Source: Thermoprotei archaeon
GTDB lineage: Archaea > Thermoproteota > Thermoprotei > Thermoproteales > B15-G16
Direction: 5' to 3'
DNA length: 64,000 nt
NCBI GenBank assembly: GCA_003649205.1
Contig: QMRC01000008.1
Location: 20,245-84,244 of the forward strand
The translations under genes were made by a program, and so were the position numbers. The notes beneath the pieces were generated by a model. It did not search any database. It saw nothing but the letters and a program-made list of their open reading frames with translations, and was not told the origin of the DNA. The stretch's first letter is position 1. Each line of letters begins with the position of its first letter. Shown in pieces: positions 46,339 through 55,622 of the stretch.

Positions 46339-47922
46339 GTGAGGTGTTGGTGTGTGGGTGTTGTGAAGTGTGAGGTTTCTGACAAGTGGACTGTAGAGTC
46401 TGGTGATTACTACCTAGGTAATAAGTATCATCCTGTTGCTGTAGTTGTCCCTGCTAAGGACGATGTTGGTAGGAGGCTTATTAAGACTGCTATTGACGAG
46501 GGTGTTGCAATAGCTGGTTTCTGTCAGACAGCTAACATTGGTATTGAGAAGGTAGTTATCAATGTGCTGGCTAATCCAAACATTAGGTACGTAGTCATTG
46601 CAGGTCACGAGTCTAAGGGTCATAGAAGTGGTGAAGCACTGTACTGTCTATGGAAATACGGTGTAGATCTTGTGACTAAGAGAATACTGAGGTGTGGTGC
46701 ACCAACAAGCTACCTACCAAATCTACCGATTGAGGTAATTGAGAGGTTTAGGAAGCAGGTAACTGTCATACCGCTGTTCACAGACGATAAGGGGTACGTA
46801 CCTAGCTCAGTCACTAGGATCAGAGTAGGGTCTAGGGAATTCAAGGTACCTATCCACGCTGGTATGAGTAAGCAATTTGGCTTTACTGTTGTTGATGTGT
46901 GTACTAGTGAGGAGTTGCTGAGGTTCATCATACACTGCTGTATTCAGGAACTTGAGAACAAGGTAACTGTAGGTATTAGCAATAGGTACCTAGATGTCTT
47001 CGAGGTCTACGAACTCTACGATAAAGGAGCATTCGATACTAAACCACTCATATACAAGGTAGTACATGAGGAGTACGTACCTGAGGTAAGGGTTGTAGCT
47101 AATTCACCAATTGGTGTATTTGTCGAGGCACCTGACCTAAAGCACGGCTACAGAGCCGTCATGCACTTAATCGATGAGTTGGGTATTGAGGTACCTACGA
47201 GACATGGCTTAACTAAGGAGCTTCAGTACGTAACCATAGTCTACCGTAGCATACCTAGGTTCGACTTCAGTGAGGAGAATGGTAGAGTTAAGGTAACGTA
47301 CATGGATGAGAGCCACATACCAGACGACTATCCACTGAAGAGCCCTCACGACATTAGGCGGTACTGTGAGGCTTTGCTCAATGGTGAGGCACAGATCGAG
47401 TTTCACTATACCTACGGTGAGAGGATGAGGCACTTCTTCAACTACGAGATCACGAGGTTTAGACCTAAGCTAGGAGATGAGCTGTGGAGTGAGCTAACTA
47501 AGAAAATCCTCATTCAGAGTATGTTCATTAGAGAGCCCCCTCACGAGGTCTTACAGAGAGCAGTTGTGAGGTTATGTGAGGTAGATCAGCTTAGAGCAGT
47601 CATAGAGAACATCGCTAAGGCACCGAACGAGAGATTCCACGTGATTGCGTACTGGAATCCAGTGACTGACCACAGAGCTGATGTGCATCACCCATGCTTC
47701 GTAATGACGCAGTTCATGATTAGGAACAGTAGGTTGGTGACGTGTCACTACATTAGGTCACACGACTTCGAGAATGCACACATACACAATACATACGGAG
47801 TATCAGCAATAGCTAACTACGTAGTGTGGAAGCTCAAGAGATTAAACCCACAGCAATTCAGTAACCTAGACGTAGGTGAGTTAGTGTACGTAGTAGGTAG
47901 CTGTCATAAATACGTGAGGTGA
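46339..47922 (+). CDS. thyA: Fusion: MtrA-like corrinoid-binding domain + archaeal-type thymidylate synthase
   Basis: N-terminal GDYYLGN, AIAGFCQTANIGIEKVVINVLANPNIRY, GHESKGHRSG, YLPNLP..IERFRKQV (MtrA). C-terminal YTYGERM, HPC, RSHDF..HN (ThyA). Confidence 0.85.
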   Translation: MRCWCVGVVKCEVSDKWTVESGDYYLGNKYHPVAVVVPAKDDVGRRLIKTAIDEGVAIAGFCQTANIGIEKVVINVLANPNIRYVVIAGHESKGHRSGEALYCLWKYGVDLVTKRILRCGAPTSYLPNLPIEVIERFRKQVTVIPLFTDDKGYVPSSVTRIRVGSREFKVPIHAGMSKQFGFTVVDVCTSEELLRFIIHCCIQELENKVTVGISNRYLDVFEVYELYDKGAFDTKPLIYKVVHEEYVPEVRVVANSPIGVFVEAPDLKHGYRAVMHLIDELGIEVPTRHGLTKELQYVTIVYRSIPRFDFSEENGRVKVTYMDESHIPDDYPLKSPHDIRRYCEALLNGEAQIEFHYTYGERMRHFFNYEITRFRPKLGDELWSELTKKILIQSMFIREPPHEVLQRAVVRLCEVDQLRAVIENIAKAPNERFHVIAYWNPVTDHRADVHHPCFVMTQFMIRNSRLVTCHYIRSHDFENAHIHNTYGVSAIANYVVWKLKRLNPQQFSNLDVGELVYVVGSCHKYVR

Positions 47923-48314
47923 TCTTCTTGAGTGACTTAGTTCAGAGATTAGAGAGGACTTGGGCTGAGTACGAGAAGTATATGGAGGATACTGAGAAGT
48001 TTGTTGAAGATCTATTGAGAGAACGTGGTAGGGATAAGCTAAGTCTAGCAACTCTCTTTCTCGTAGAATACCCTCAGTTTAGTATTCGTGAGCTGTATAT
48101 GAAGTATGTCCTCGCACCACTAATAGCGAGCTTTGTACTGATGGTAATCTATGTACTTGGTCTCTTGCCAGTAGATATTGTGGTGCCTACAGTATTTGCA
48201 CTACACTTACTTACATCGTGGGTAATGTACTTCGTACTAGCTAAGTGCTGGAATCTAGGAGTTAGATTTGGTTTCTTGTTTATGACTGTACTGAAGAAGG
48301 TGAAGCAGAGGTGA
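47919..48314 (+). CDS. Membrane protein, tandem paralog of 48311-48709
   Basis: ELYMKYV..VLAKCWNLG. Confidence 0.7.
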   Translation: MIFLSDLVQRLERTWAEYEKYMEDTEKFVEDLLRERGRDKLSLATLFLVEYPQFSIRELYMKYVLAPLIASFVLMVIYVLGLLPVDIVVPTVFALHLLTSWVMYFVLAKCWNLGVRFGFLFMTVLKKVKQR

Positions 48315-48709
48315 TGTATATGGGTGCTGAGTGGACTTATCGTGAATTAATCTCGTACTTGAGGAAAGTAGTTCAGGAGGTTGAGTCTGATGTTGAGAAT
48401 ATGCTGGAGAGCAAGGAGAGAGACAAGTGTATTGAATCAATTGTTCTATCGACACTATCTATCCCGACTAGGATTGTACTTGAGCTGTACTTCAAGTACC
48501 TTTTTATACCGATTTCTCTCTTCATAGCTATACCACTTCTAAGTAATCACCTAGGCATATTGTACACGTACTTACTTGCTACATTGATATGTCTAGGACT
48601 CATAACGGGAATTCTAATTCGTGCAGTATTGGAAAAGTGCTGGAAGCTAGGTATCACTATGGGGTTTATGGTTATGTCACTCGTGAAGAAGTTGAGTGAG
48701 GAGAAGTAG
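48311..48709 (+). CDS. Membrane protein, tandem paralog of 47919-48314
   Basis: ELYFKYL..VLEKCWKLG. Confidence 0.7.
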   Translation: MMYMGAEWTYRELISYLRKVVQEVESDVENMLESKERDKCIESIVLSTLSIPTRIVLELYFKYLFIPISLFIAIPLLSNHLGILYTYLLATLICLGLITGILIRAVLEKCWKLGITMGFMVMSLVKKLSEEK

Positions 48710-48711
48710 CT

Positions 48712-49338
48712 ATGGAGTTCACTCCATCTCTCCTATTTTCTGCACTGCGGAGGTTTCTCATTGATCAGCTTAGACCTTACGAGGACTACAACCACATTCA
48801 CGTTACTGAAGTATGTCAGTGTCTTCGTAAAGCTTGGTTCAATAGGAAGAGAGGTGATGCCAAGACTCTGAAGCACTTGAGTGATAGTAAGTGTGTTGTG
48901 CTTTCTTACGGTCTAGCACTACACCACGTACTTGCTGAGTACCTATCCCGTGACAGTAAGTTCAGAGCTGAGGAACCTATTGAGTACAAGATATCTGATG
49001 AGTTGATTCTATGCGGTAGAGCGGATTTGATTGGTGATAGCTCTGTTGTGGAGTTTAAGACTTGTAGGAAGGTACCTGAGAGACCTTATGAGCATCACCT
49101 AATGCAGATCAATGCATACCTACACATGTACGGTAAGTCAACGGGTTACCTAGTCTACATATCTGCCTACGGTGATGTCAAGGTATTTGATGTGTGTAGG
49201 AGTGAGGAATTGTGGAGAGCAGTTGTACTTAGAGCAGAGAAGCTCAGAAAGTACTTGATAAGCGATGAATTACCTCCTCCTGAGAGGAGTAAGCTATGTG
49301 AGTACTGCGAGTGGAAGTTTCACTGTGCTCAAGAATAA
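48712..49338 (+). CDS. Second Cas4-like PD-(D/E)xK nuclease
   Basis: HVTEVCQCLRKAW, GRADLI, VEFKT, QINAY, CEYCEWKFHC. Confidence 0.85.
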   Translation: MEFTPSLLFSALRRFLIDQLRPYEDYNHIHVTEVCQCLRKAWFNRKRGDAKTLKHLSDSKCVVLSYGLALHHVLAEYLSRDSKFRAEEPIEYKISDELILCGRADLIGDSSVVEFKTCRKVPERPYEHHLMQINAYLHMYGKSTGYLVYISAYGDVKVFDVCRSEELWRAVVLRAEKLRKYLISDELPPPERSKLCEYCEWKFHCAQE

Positions 49339-49382
49339 CGTACAAAACTTACTTATGCAACTTACGTGTACTCCTACCATAG

Positions 49383-49811
49383 GTGCCGTGTATGGCTAAG
49401 AAGAAATACTTGTATGCGTATAAAGACCTCATTGAGGATCTGAAGGATATGGCTAATGAGGTGCTGAAGAAGGGAGGAGTTGTTGAGAGGGAGCTTTGGG
49501 AGACACTGTTTGAAGATGTTGAGATTAGGAATTGGGAAGAGTGGAAGGAGTACTTCCACGAAGAAGTACCATCTCTCCTAAAGGATGTGCTTAGGGAAGC
49601 TGGGCTCTATTGCTCGATCTACCACAGGAAGGATGATGTCCCACTTCCAGAGTACATAGCTAACTGCGAGACAGAGGATGGTAGGGAGATCTCGTTTAGC
49701 TTCGATGTTGAGTACGATGATGTTGTAGGAAAGATAACACTTCTCTTAGCGGAAGCAAGTAGAGGGAAGACACCAGATAGCATACTAGTGTACTACCACA
49801 AAGTAGCATGA
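49383..49811 (+). CDS. Acidic hypothetical protein
   Basis: ORF; likely start at MAKKK. Confidence 0.65.
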   Translation: MPCMAKKKYLYAYKDLIEDLKDMANEVLKKGGVVERELWETLFEDVEIRNWEEWKEYFHEEVPSLLKDVLREAGLYCSIYHRKDDVPLPEYIANCETEDGREISFSFDVEYDDVVGKITLLLAEASRGKTPDSILVYYHKVA

Positions 49812-50389
49812 GGTGTCCGATAATGAAGAGTAGGAGCACTATTAAGGAGAAGTTAGCAGAGTTTTGTCTTAGCTTAGGTGGAAAAGTTGAGAGAATGAGG
49901 CTTCCAGATGAGTTTGGGTGTAATGTTGATCCGAGTAAGGTCATTGAGCACTTTGACGAGTTCAAGGAGCTTTATAGGGAGGCTAAGGGAAGTGGTATCG
50001 AGAGGATATACTTCGGCAAGCATGATAAGTACTTCTTTGCTTATCCAGAGCTGGGTGAGGTAGGGTTTGTTCTAACGTACGAGATCGAGCCTCCATTCCC
50101 AGAGACGGAAGAAGGTGAGAAGCAAGCAGTAAAACTTCTAGAGGAAGTTCAGTCTGAATTCTACGAATTCATGAGTAGTAGGGGTTTGGCACCAGAATTC
50201 AAGTTCATACCAAGAATTGAGTCGGAGTTTGAGTGGCTAGATATTGAGGCTAGAGTACTAGCAGACATACCTGAAGAACTTGAACGTCTACCAGACATAG
50301 TAAAGGCAATGCTAGAATTCGATAAGAAGGTACGAGAGATACTCAACACATTTGGTAGAAAGGTTGAGACACCTCCGAAATTCTTGTGA
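49808..50389 (+). CDS. Acidic hypothetical protein with C-xx-LGG motif
   Basis: EFCLSLGGKV. Confidence 0.65.
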   Translation: MRCPIMKSRSTIKEKLAEFCLSLGGKVERMRLPDEFGCNVDPSKVIEHFDEFKELYREAKGSGIERIYFGKHDKYFFAYPELGEVGFVLTYEIEPPFPETEEGEKQAVKLLEEVQSEFYEFMSSRGLAPEFKFIPRIESEFEWLDIEARVLADIPEELERLPDIVKAMLEFDKKVREILNTFGRKVETPPKFL

Positions 50390-50433
50390 GAAGCTGAGTA
50401 GCTTAAGAGAAGGATAAGATATCGTGATAGTAG

Positions 50434-50766
50434 GTGAATTCTATGTCTACAGTTCTTGATGTTTTTGAGGAAGCTACAAAGAAGGTTTGTGGAGAAGGTG
50501 CTATCTGGTTAAGACCAAGTCCACAGAACTTCACTGATGCACTGTGCTTCGAGAAGATAGATGGTAGAATTGAGAGTTATGTAGTAAAGAATGGATATGT
50601 TAAGTTTTGGTTAGAAGTAGCTAAATTACTTGAGGCGAGAGGATTGACAGATTCTGATTACTACAAGATTGCTCTATCTGAGCTTAAGTTACTTAAGGAG
50701 AGACTTACTAGAGAAATTGAAGAGGAGCAAGAGTTGGTTAGGCTGATTGAGGGGTATGTGAGGTGA
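50434..50766 (+). CDS. Hypothetical protein
   Basis: Operonic ORF. Confidence 0.65.
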   Translation: MNSMSTVLDVFEEATKKVCGEGAIWLRPSPQNFTDALCFEKIDGRIESYVVKNGYVKFWLEVAKLLEARGLTDSDYYKIALSELKLLKERLTREIEEEQELVRLIEGYVR

Positions 50767-50770
50767 TTTC

Positions 50771-51793
50771 ATGAGTATTGACTATAGACATTGTGGTGAT
50801 ATACTACTGAGTTTCAGAGATAGGCTACACGATCTGTGGAGTTATGTACAGCAGAGTAAGAGGGAGGTTGGTGATAGGGCTTACTTACCTAAGGGTATTG
50901 TAGATGAGTACAAGAGGACTGTTCAGGAGGCACTGAAGGTAGCAAATGAGTGTATAAACGATGTGATAAATAGGCATGATGACATAATGTCTGAGTACGG
51001 GATAAATACTCATGAGGACTTCATGCATAGTGTACTGAAGGAATTAACGAGGTTGTTTGGTGCTTTTGAGTCGTGGGCAAAGCACACATTGAGGAGGATT
51101 GACAGTGGTGAGGAAACTAAGTTCATGGGTATGTGGCACTATGAGTATCCGAAGGAAGAGGCTAGGGAGCTACTTCTCACGTACATGAATGCTACGGCAT
51201 TCAACATTCATCAACTAGCACTACAGTTCTCATTCATGGGTGAGAGAACAGATTTCTACGGTTGTGTAGCACCTGAGCCTCTGATTAGAGCTGGAGTTAG
51301 TAAGTTAATTGAGGCATACTGTAAGGGTGCACAGAGAGATACTTCCCCTCCTCTAGTCCTTAAGCAGGACACGATTCAGCATAGACTAGGTGTACATGCC
51401 TCAACTATTCGAGTAAAGGATAACGAAGTCGAGATTGAGTACCTTGAGAGTATTGTTGGTGGCAATGCTGGGAGGAGTTGGAGGGAGAGAATGGAGTTCG
51501 TTAAGTCGTATCTAGAGAGTGAGGTTGGGTTGAGGTGTGAAGAGAGGGATCAGGGTAAGCTGTACTGTAGGGGTAAGGTTAGTGAGGACGATATGGTGAA
51601 GATAGCTCTACTCTTCTCAAACATAAGAGATCTAGATCTACTACCTCCCCACGTATTCGAGAAGGCTGTTGAGAAGCTGAGGAAGTACCTAGAAGAGACG
51701 TTTAACGCATATAAGAGAGGAGAACAGATTTGGCTTAGAAGCCCAGTAGCGTCATCAGAGGGAGATTGGTACGATCTAGTTGAGAGCGAGTAG
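50771..51793 (+). CDS. Hypothetical protein, paralog of 39495-40859
   Basis: Shared C-terminal domain. Confidence 0.7.
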   Translation: MSIDYRHCGDILLSFRDRLHDLWSYVQQSKREVGDRAYLPKGIVDEYKRTVQEALKVANECINDVINRHDDIMSEYGINTHEDFMHSVLKELTRLFGAFESWAKHTLRRIDSGEETKFMGMWHYEYPKEEARELLLTYMNATAFNIHQLALQFSFMGERTDFYGCVAPEPLIRAGVSKLIEAYCKGAQRDTSPPLVLKQDTIQHRLGVHASTIRVKDNEVEIEYLESIVGGNAGRSWRERMEFVKSYLESEVGLRCEERDQGKLYCRGKVSEDDMVKIALLFSNIRDLDLLPPHVFEKAVEKLRKYLEETFNAYKRGEQIWLRSPVASSEGDWYDLVESE

Positions 51794-51808
51794 AGGAGGA
51801 AGCAATCC

Positions 51809-52405
51809 ATGTGTGCTGAGTGGGAGGAACTGTATGAGCTAGAGCTTGAGGGTGAGGAGAAGGAGAAGAAACCTCCAGTTGCACATAGGGGATATGTCGA
51901 GGGTAAGGTCTTAACCATCGACCTAGATGATACGTTCTGGACTGTACTAGTCAAGGAACCTGATGGTACGTACAGTAGGACTATAGCTAGCTCGTGTGAC
52001 ACTAATGTGAGGAGGCTTACCGATGGAATATACGAGACGGATATGTGCTTAATAATCGTGAATAAGAAGGTTGAGAACCTAGTTAAGGAAGCTAAGAGAA
52101 GGGGCTTCAAGGTTGCGGTTGTATCTCAGAACTCACCATACGTGATGGAGTTAGCGGAAAGAGTGTTCTCTCTTGAGGGTATTGATGTAGATGCGATTGC
52201 TGTAGGTAATCTCGATAAGTCGAGTATGTTCAAGATGATTGCAGATCCGAAGAGAATTGAGAAGATGGTCTATGTAGATGACAGTGAGTCAAATCTCGAA
52301 GATGTGGGAAAGCTATTTAATGCAGTAGGTGTGTACCTCGGGAAGAAGTACCTAGGTGTAACACCGAAAGACCTAAGGCTAGCTGAGGACTGGTTACGGG
52401 AGTAA
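51809..52405 (+). CDS. HAD-superfamily phosphatase (MDP-1-like)
   Basis: Motif I TIDLDDTFW, motif II VVSQN, K, motif IV YVDD. Confidence 0.8.
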   Translation: MCAEWEELYELELEGEEKEKKPPVAHRGYVEGKVLTIDLDDTFWTVLVKEPDGTYSRTIASSCDTNVRRLTDGIYETDMCLIIVNKKVENLVKEAKRRGFKVAVVSQNSPYVMELAERVFSLEGIDVDAIAVGNLDKSSMFKMIADPKRIEKMVYVDDSESNLEDVGKLFNAVGVYLGKKYLGVTPKDLRLAEDWLRE

Positions 52406-52458
52406 TCACCTAGCGTACTTATTTAAGCTAGTTACTCCCTACTTTTTCTCGATGTCTT

Positions 52459-53457
52459 ATGTCTCTGAGGAAGATTTTGCGTGGGTTTTTGAGTATTGTT
52501 AGGAGGCATCATGGTCGTTCTCATACTGCTGTCTACACTCCTAGACCGTACTATAGACGTGTTGAGGTTAGGAGGATTGAGGACATTGATGATCCTCTCA
52601 AGAAGGATCACTGGCTCATTGAGAGTGAGTACTTGAGGAATGTTGCTAGGGAACTCGCTGTCTATAGGGGGAATAAGCTAGATTTTGTAGCTACTATCAG
52701 GAATGTGTATGATTGGGTTCGTAGAGGTATTCTGTACGATAATGTTCATGCTGAAGCTAGTAGGAAGTGGAGGAAGAGATTCAATGTAACTTACCTAACT
52801 GCAGATGAGTGTGCTAGGTTGAGGAGAGGTATCTGTGGTGAGATGGCTCTAGTCATGCTCAAGATACTTCGTGAACTAGGTATACCTGCCGTACTTGTTA
52901 GACCTTCCGTAAGTCACCTAGCTGTACTAGTCAAGCACCCTGAGAAGGAAGAGTACTGGTTGCTAGATCCAGTTACTGGTCACTTCGGTAAGGTGCCTAA
53001 GTACGAGGCAGTTGCTAGGTACGAGTCACCTACAGGTAAGTACGCTGTAGGTATAGTGTCTCTCGATGAGTTTGCTGAGCAAACAATAAAGAAGAGGAGG
53101 AGACTAGCTGAAAAGCTTGGTCTAAGTCCTGAGGAGGCTATTGATCTAGAGTACGCAATTCAGTGCATGGAGGATCTACCCTACCAGACGGACTTCGGTA
53201 CAAAGGTACTCAACTACTTGAAGGAAGTCGGTTACTGTGCAAGGACTTTCAGAAGCTACGTAACGGAGGATGTGTACTTAGCGAGTAGCTTCTTCGAAGA
53301 AGTTGCTGAGAGGTGTGGTAAGGTACCTGTTGAGAGGATAGCTAAATTTGACATACCTGAGAAGTACCTAATGTGTGTTAGGAGAGCTTGGGAGGAGGTG
53401 TATCTACAACTGTACAATGAGTTTAAGGAAGAGTTGGAGAAGTTGCTTGGGAGGTAG
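52459..53457 (+). CDS. Transglutaminase-like (papain-fold) protein
   Basis: Catalytic triad GICGEMA / SHLAV / LLDP; YDWVRRGILYD. Confidence 0.8.
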   Translation: MSLRKILRGFLSIVRRHHGRSHTAVYTPRPYYRRVEVRRIEDIDDPLKKDHWLIESEYLRNVARELAVYRGNKLDFVATIRNVYDWVRRGILYDNVHAEASRKWRKRFNVTYLTADECARLRRGICGEMALVMLKILRELGIPAVLVRPSVSHLAVLVKHPEKEEYWLLDPVTGHFGKVPKYEAVARYESPTGKYAVGIVSLDEFAEQTIKKRRRLAEKLGLSPEEAIDLEYAIQCMEDLPYQTDFGTKVLNYLKEVGYCARTFRSYVTEDVYLASSFFEEVAERCGKVPVERIAKFDIPEKYLMCVRRAWEEVYLQLYNEFKEELEKLLGR

Positions 53458-53462
53458 TTCCT

Positions 53463-53780
53463 ATGGTTGCTAGGTTGAGGTACGTGTTAGTACCTAGGAT
53501 GAGGACAGCTATAAGGAATGTCTTAGTAACGAGAGACTACGTGTATGTCGATGTTGAGCTACCTAGACCATACCTACTAACTCCAAAGACCTTGAGGAGG
53601 CTTGAGGAGAAGTTCTACCTCTACGGTGCTGTGATTAGGCATGGTAACGAGGTTAGGTCGTTTAGAGTAGCAATCCCGAAGCAAGTACTTGAGGCACATA
53701 GGGTAGATCTAGATATGGCTAAGTACTACGCATGTAAGCTAGTTGAGGAGGTACTGGTAGAGGTGATATCTAGTGAGTGA
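53463..53780 (+). CDS. Hypothetical protein
   Basis: Operonic ORF. Confidence 0.65.
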   Translation: MVARLRYVLVPRMRTAIRNVLVTRDYVYVDVELPRPYLLTPKTLRRLEEKFYLYGAVIRHGNEVRSFRVAIPKQVLEAHRVDLDMAKYYACKLVEEVLVEVISSE

Positions 53781-54408
53781 GCTACCAATGATAGGGATAG
53801 AGATCGAGTACATACTAAAGAGGAAGGAGGGATCTATAGTAAGTAGTTGGCTTGAAATTGATGATATTGCTTCTCATTTAGAGAAGGCATTTGAAGACTA
53901 TGACCTTGTGTGCTTTTCGAGTGAATTAGCTTACGGATCTCTACCTCCAAGACTTGAGGTAAAGGCATGTAGACCTATTAGGCTTGATGAAGTTGATAAA
54001 TTCATTGCGGAGCTGAGAGAGGTCTTGAACTACATGAGGGAGAAGCTAGGTGTTGAACCTGTGATAAAGCCGAATGAGTGGAGTGGCTCAATTCACATAA
54101 CTATTGATAGAGGTGAGAACGTAGATGAGGAGCTGTACTCCGAACTAGTTAAGTCCTTAGAAGCTGTGTTAATTGCTGTGACAGGTAATCCAAAGGATTG
54201 GGCTTACGGTAGTAAGAGACCTCTAGTTTTCGATACGCTTGAACCCCTAAAAGCAACTACTGTTGGTGAGTTCGCTTCATCAACTGTAATTCAGGACTTG
54301 GGTAGTGCTAAAAAGTTAAACATGATTGCTAAGGTTAGGGAGGAAATTGAAAGACATGGTAAAGATTTTACTTCCCTAGTTAGGTATATTGCTAAGAGAT
54401 GGGAGTAA
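53773..54408 (+). CDS. Amidoligase / glutamate-cysteine ligase-like protein, N-terminal half
   Basis: IGIEIEY, LEV, GSIHITI motifs of COOH-NH2 ligases. Confidence 0.6.
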   Translation: MSELPMIGIEIEYILKRKEGSIVSSWLEIDDIASHLEKAFEDYDLVCFSSELAYGSLPPRLEVKACRPIRLDEVDKFIAELREVLNYMREKLGVEPVIKPNEWSGSIHITIDRGENVDEELYSELVKSLEAVLIAVTGNPKDWAYGSKRPLVFDTLEPLKATTVGEFASSTVIQDLGSAKKLNMIAKVREEIERHGKDFTSLVRYIAKRWE

Positions 54409-55133
54409 TGGAGATAGATATTGAGAGGCTAGCTAGTAAGTTTACATCGCTGTACTTTGCATACTTCCCAAGTATTGAATATAATGTTCGTGGTGACTAT
54501 AGATTTCGTTACGACGATCTTGAGCAAACTTGGTACCCTGAAGAATATGTTTCAGTAACTGACTTAGTTAAGAAGACTGATAGGAAGTATGTAAGTAAGC
54601 TATATGGTTTGCTTGCATGTTCCATACTGTCTGGAACATATAGGACTAAAGAGAAGAGGAGAGAGTTCCTAGATGTTTGTTTCTCAAGAGCAAAGGAACT
54701 TGGAGAGTTAATAATTGAAGGACTTCACAAGCCATCCTCTATTGAATGTGCTGGTACTGTAGCTGTTGAGTACCGTGTCTTCGATAATGTCCCTGACCCA
54801 TCTATGATTAAGGACTTAGTGAAGCTAGTCTACAATCTCCACATGAAGTTATGCTCGTTCATTGCTGAAAAAGGTAACGAGATTGAGCTTAAGGAGGAAC
54901 TACTTGATGCAATAGATGAGATGTACGGTAGAGCATGTGTTGAGGGTTATAGAGCTAAACCAAGTGAGAAGTTCATTGAATTACTTGAGAGGATCCTAGG
55001 TATAGAGCTTAGGAGAGACTACGAGAACATGGAAGAACTAGCTAAGGACATAGTTGACAAACTGAGAATAGACATAAACAAAGAACTACTTGAACTAAAT
55101 AAACAGAGACAAAAGATACTTGAACTAACCTAA
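54399..55133 (+). CDS. Amidoligase / glutamate-cysteine ligase-like protein, C-terminal half
   Basis: TVAVEYRVFD (cf. T-x-E-x-R-xx-D); overlaps the previous stop. Confidence 0.5.
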   Translation: MGVMEIDIERLASKFTSLYFAYFPSIEYNVRGDYRFRYDDLEQTWYPEEYVSVTDLVKKTDRKYVSKLYGLLACSILSGTYRTKEKRREFLDVCFSRAKELGELIIEGLHKPSSIECAGTVAVEYRVFDNVPDPSMIKDLVKLVYNLHMKLCSFIAEKGNEIELKEELLDAIDEMYGRACVEGYRAKPSEKFIELLERILGIELRRDYENMEELAKDIVDKLRIDINKELLELNKQRQKILELT

Positions 55134-55142
55134 CCGATTTAT

Positions 55143-55622
55143 TTCCTACTTGATTCTACTGTCTTGAGGGTTGCACTATAAGATGTATTCTTAAGTTTAA
55201 GTTCTTCGGGAAGAGATCTAGTTAATTTATTGTTAATAATGTTTTATTTCTAGTTGCTTCTCCTCATTCTACTGCGAGAGGTTTTATGGGAGAACTTTTA
55301 TATTTCGCAACTTCATTAATATTATTGGGATTGTGTAGAACAACTGCTCTTCTAAATAATTCTACTTCTGCTAGTAATTGAACCTACTTCATAGATCTAC
55401 TCCTACTTGTGCACCCCCAGACCCACAGGGTCTGGGGGGAAGAACCTGACCCAAATGGGGATGATGGGAAACCCCCTCCCCTTCTTTCAAGGTTAAGGGG
55501 GAGGGGGTATAGGTCGGGAAATCTCCTTTCCTCTCTTTCTTTTTCTCTACTGCCCCTGAGGGGATGCTCGGGAGATGATGAATAGATCCTGAGCACCGAT
55601 GAGTTGGGGCAAATCTCTACTT
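55143..55622 (+). repeat. Cluster of about nine YCTACT motifs
   Basis: CTACT near 55146, 55156, 55269, 55362, 55384, 55397, 55403, 55547, 55617. Confidence 0.6.
55414..55611 (+). ncRNA. GC-rich structured RNA (three stem-loops, C/D-box/K-turn-like motifs)
   Basis: CCCCCAGACCC/GGGTCTGGGGG 11-bp stem; ACCCCCTCCCCTT/AAGGGGGAGGGGGT stem; TGCCCC/GGGGCA enclosing CTGAGGGG..ATGATGA..CTGA..CCGATGA. Confidence 0.6.

Noticed and set aside
54390-54410. Programmed frameshift joining the amidoligase halves
   Set aside because: In-frame TAA at 54393 and no slippery heptamer; the TAATG overlap indicates translational coupling.
55384-55596. 70-aa minus-strand ORF
   Set aside because: Overlaps the GC-rich hairpins, has atypical composition and no RBS.
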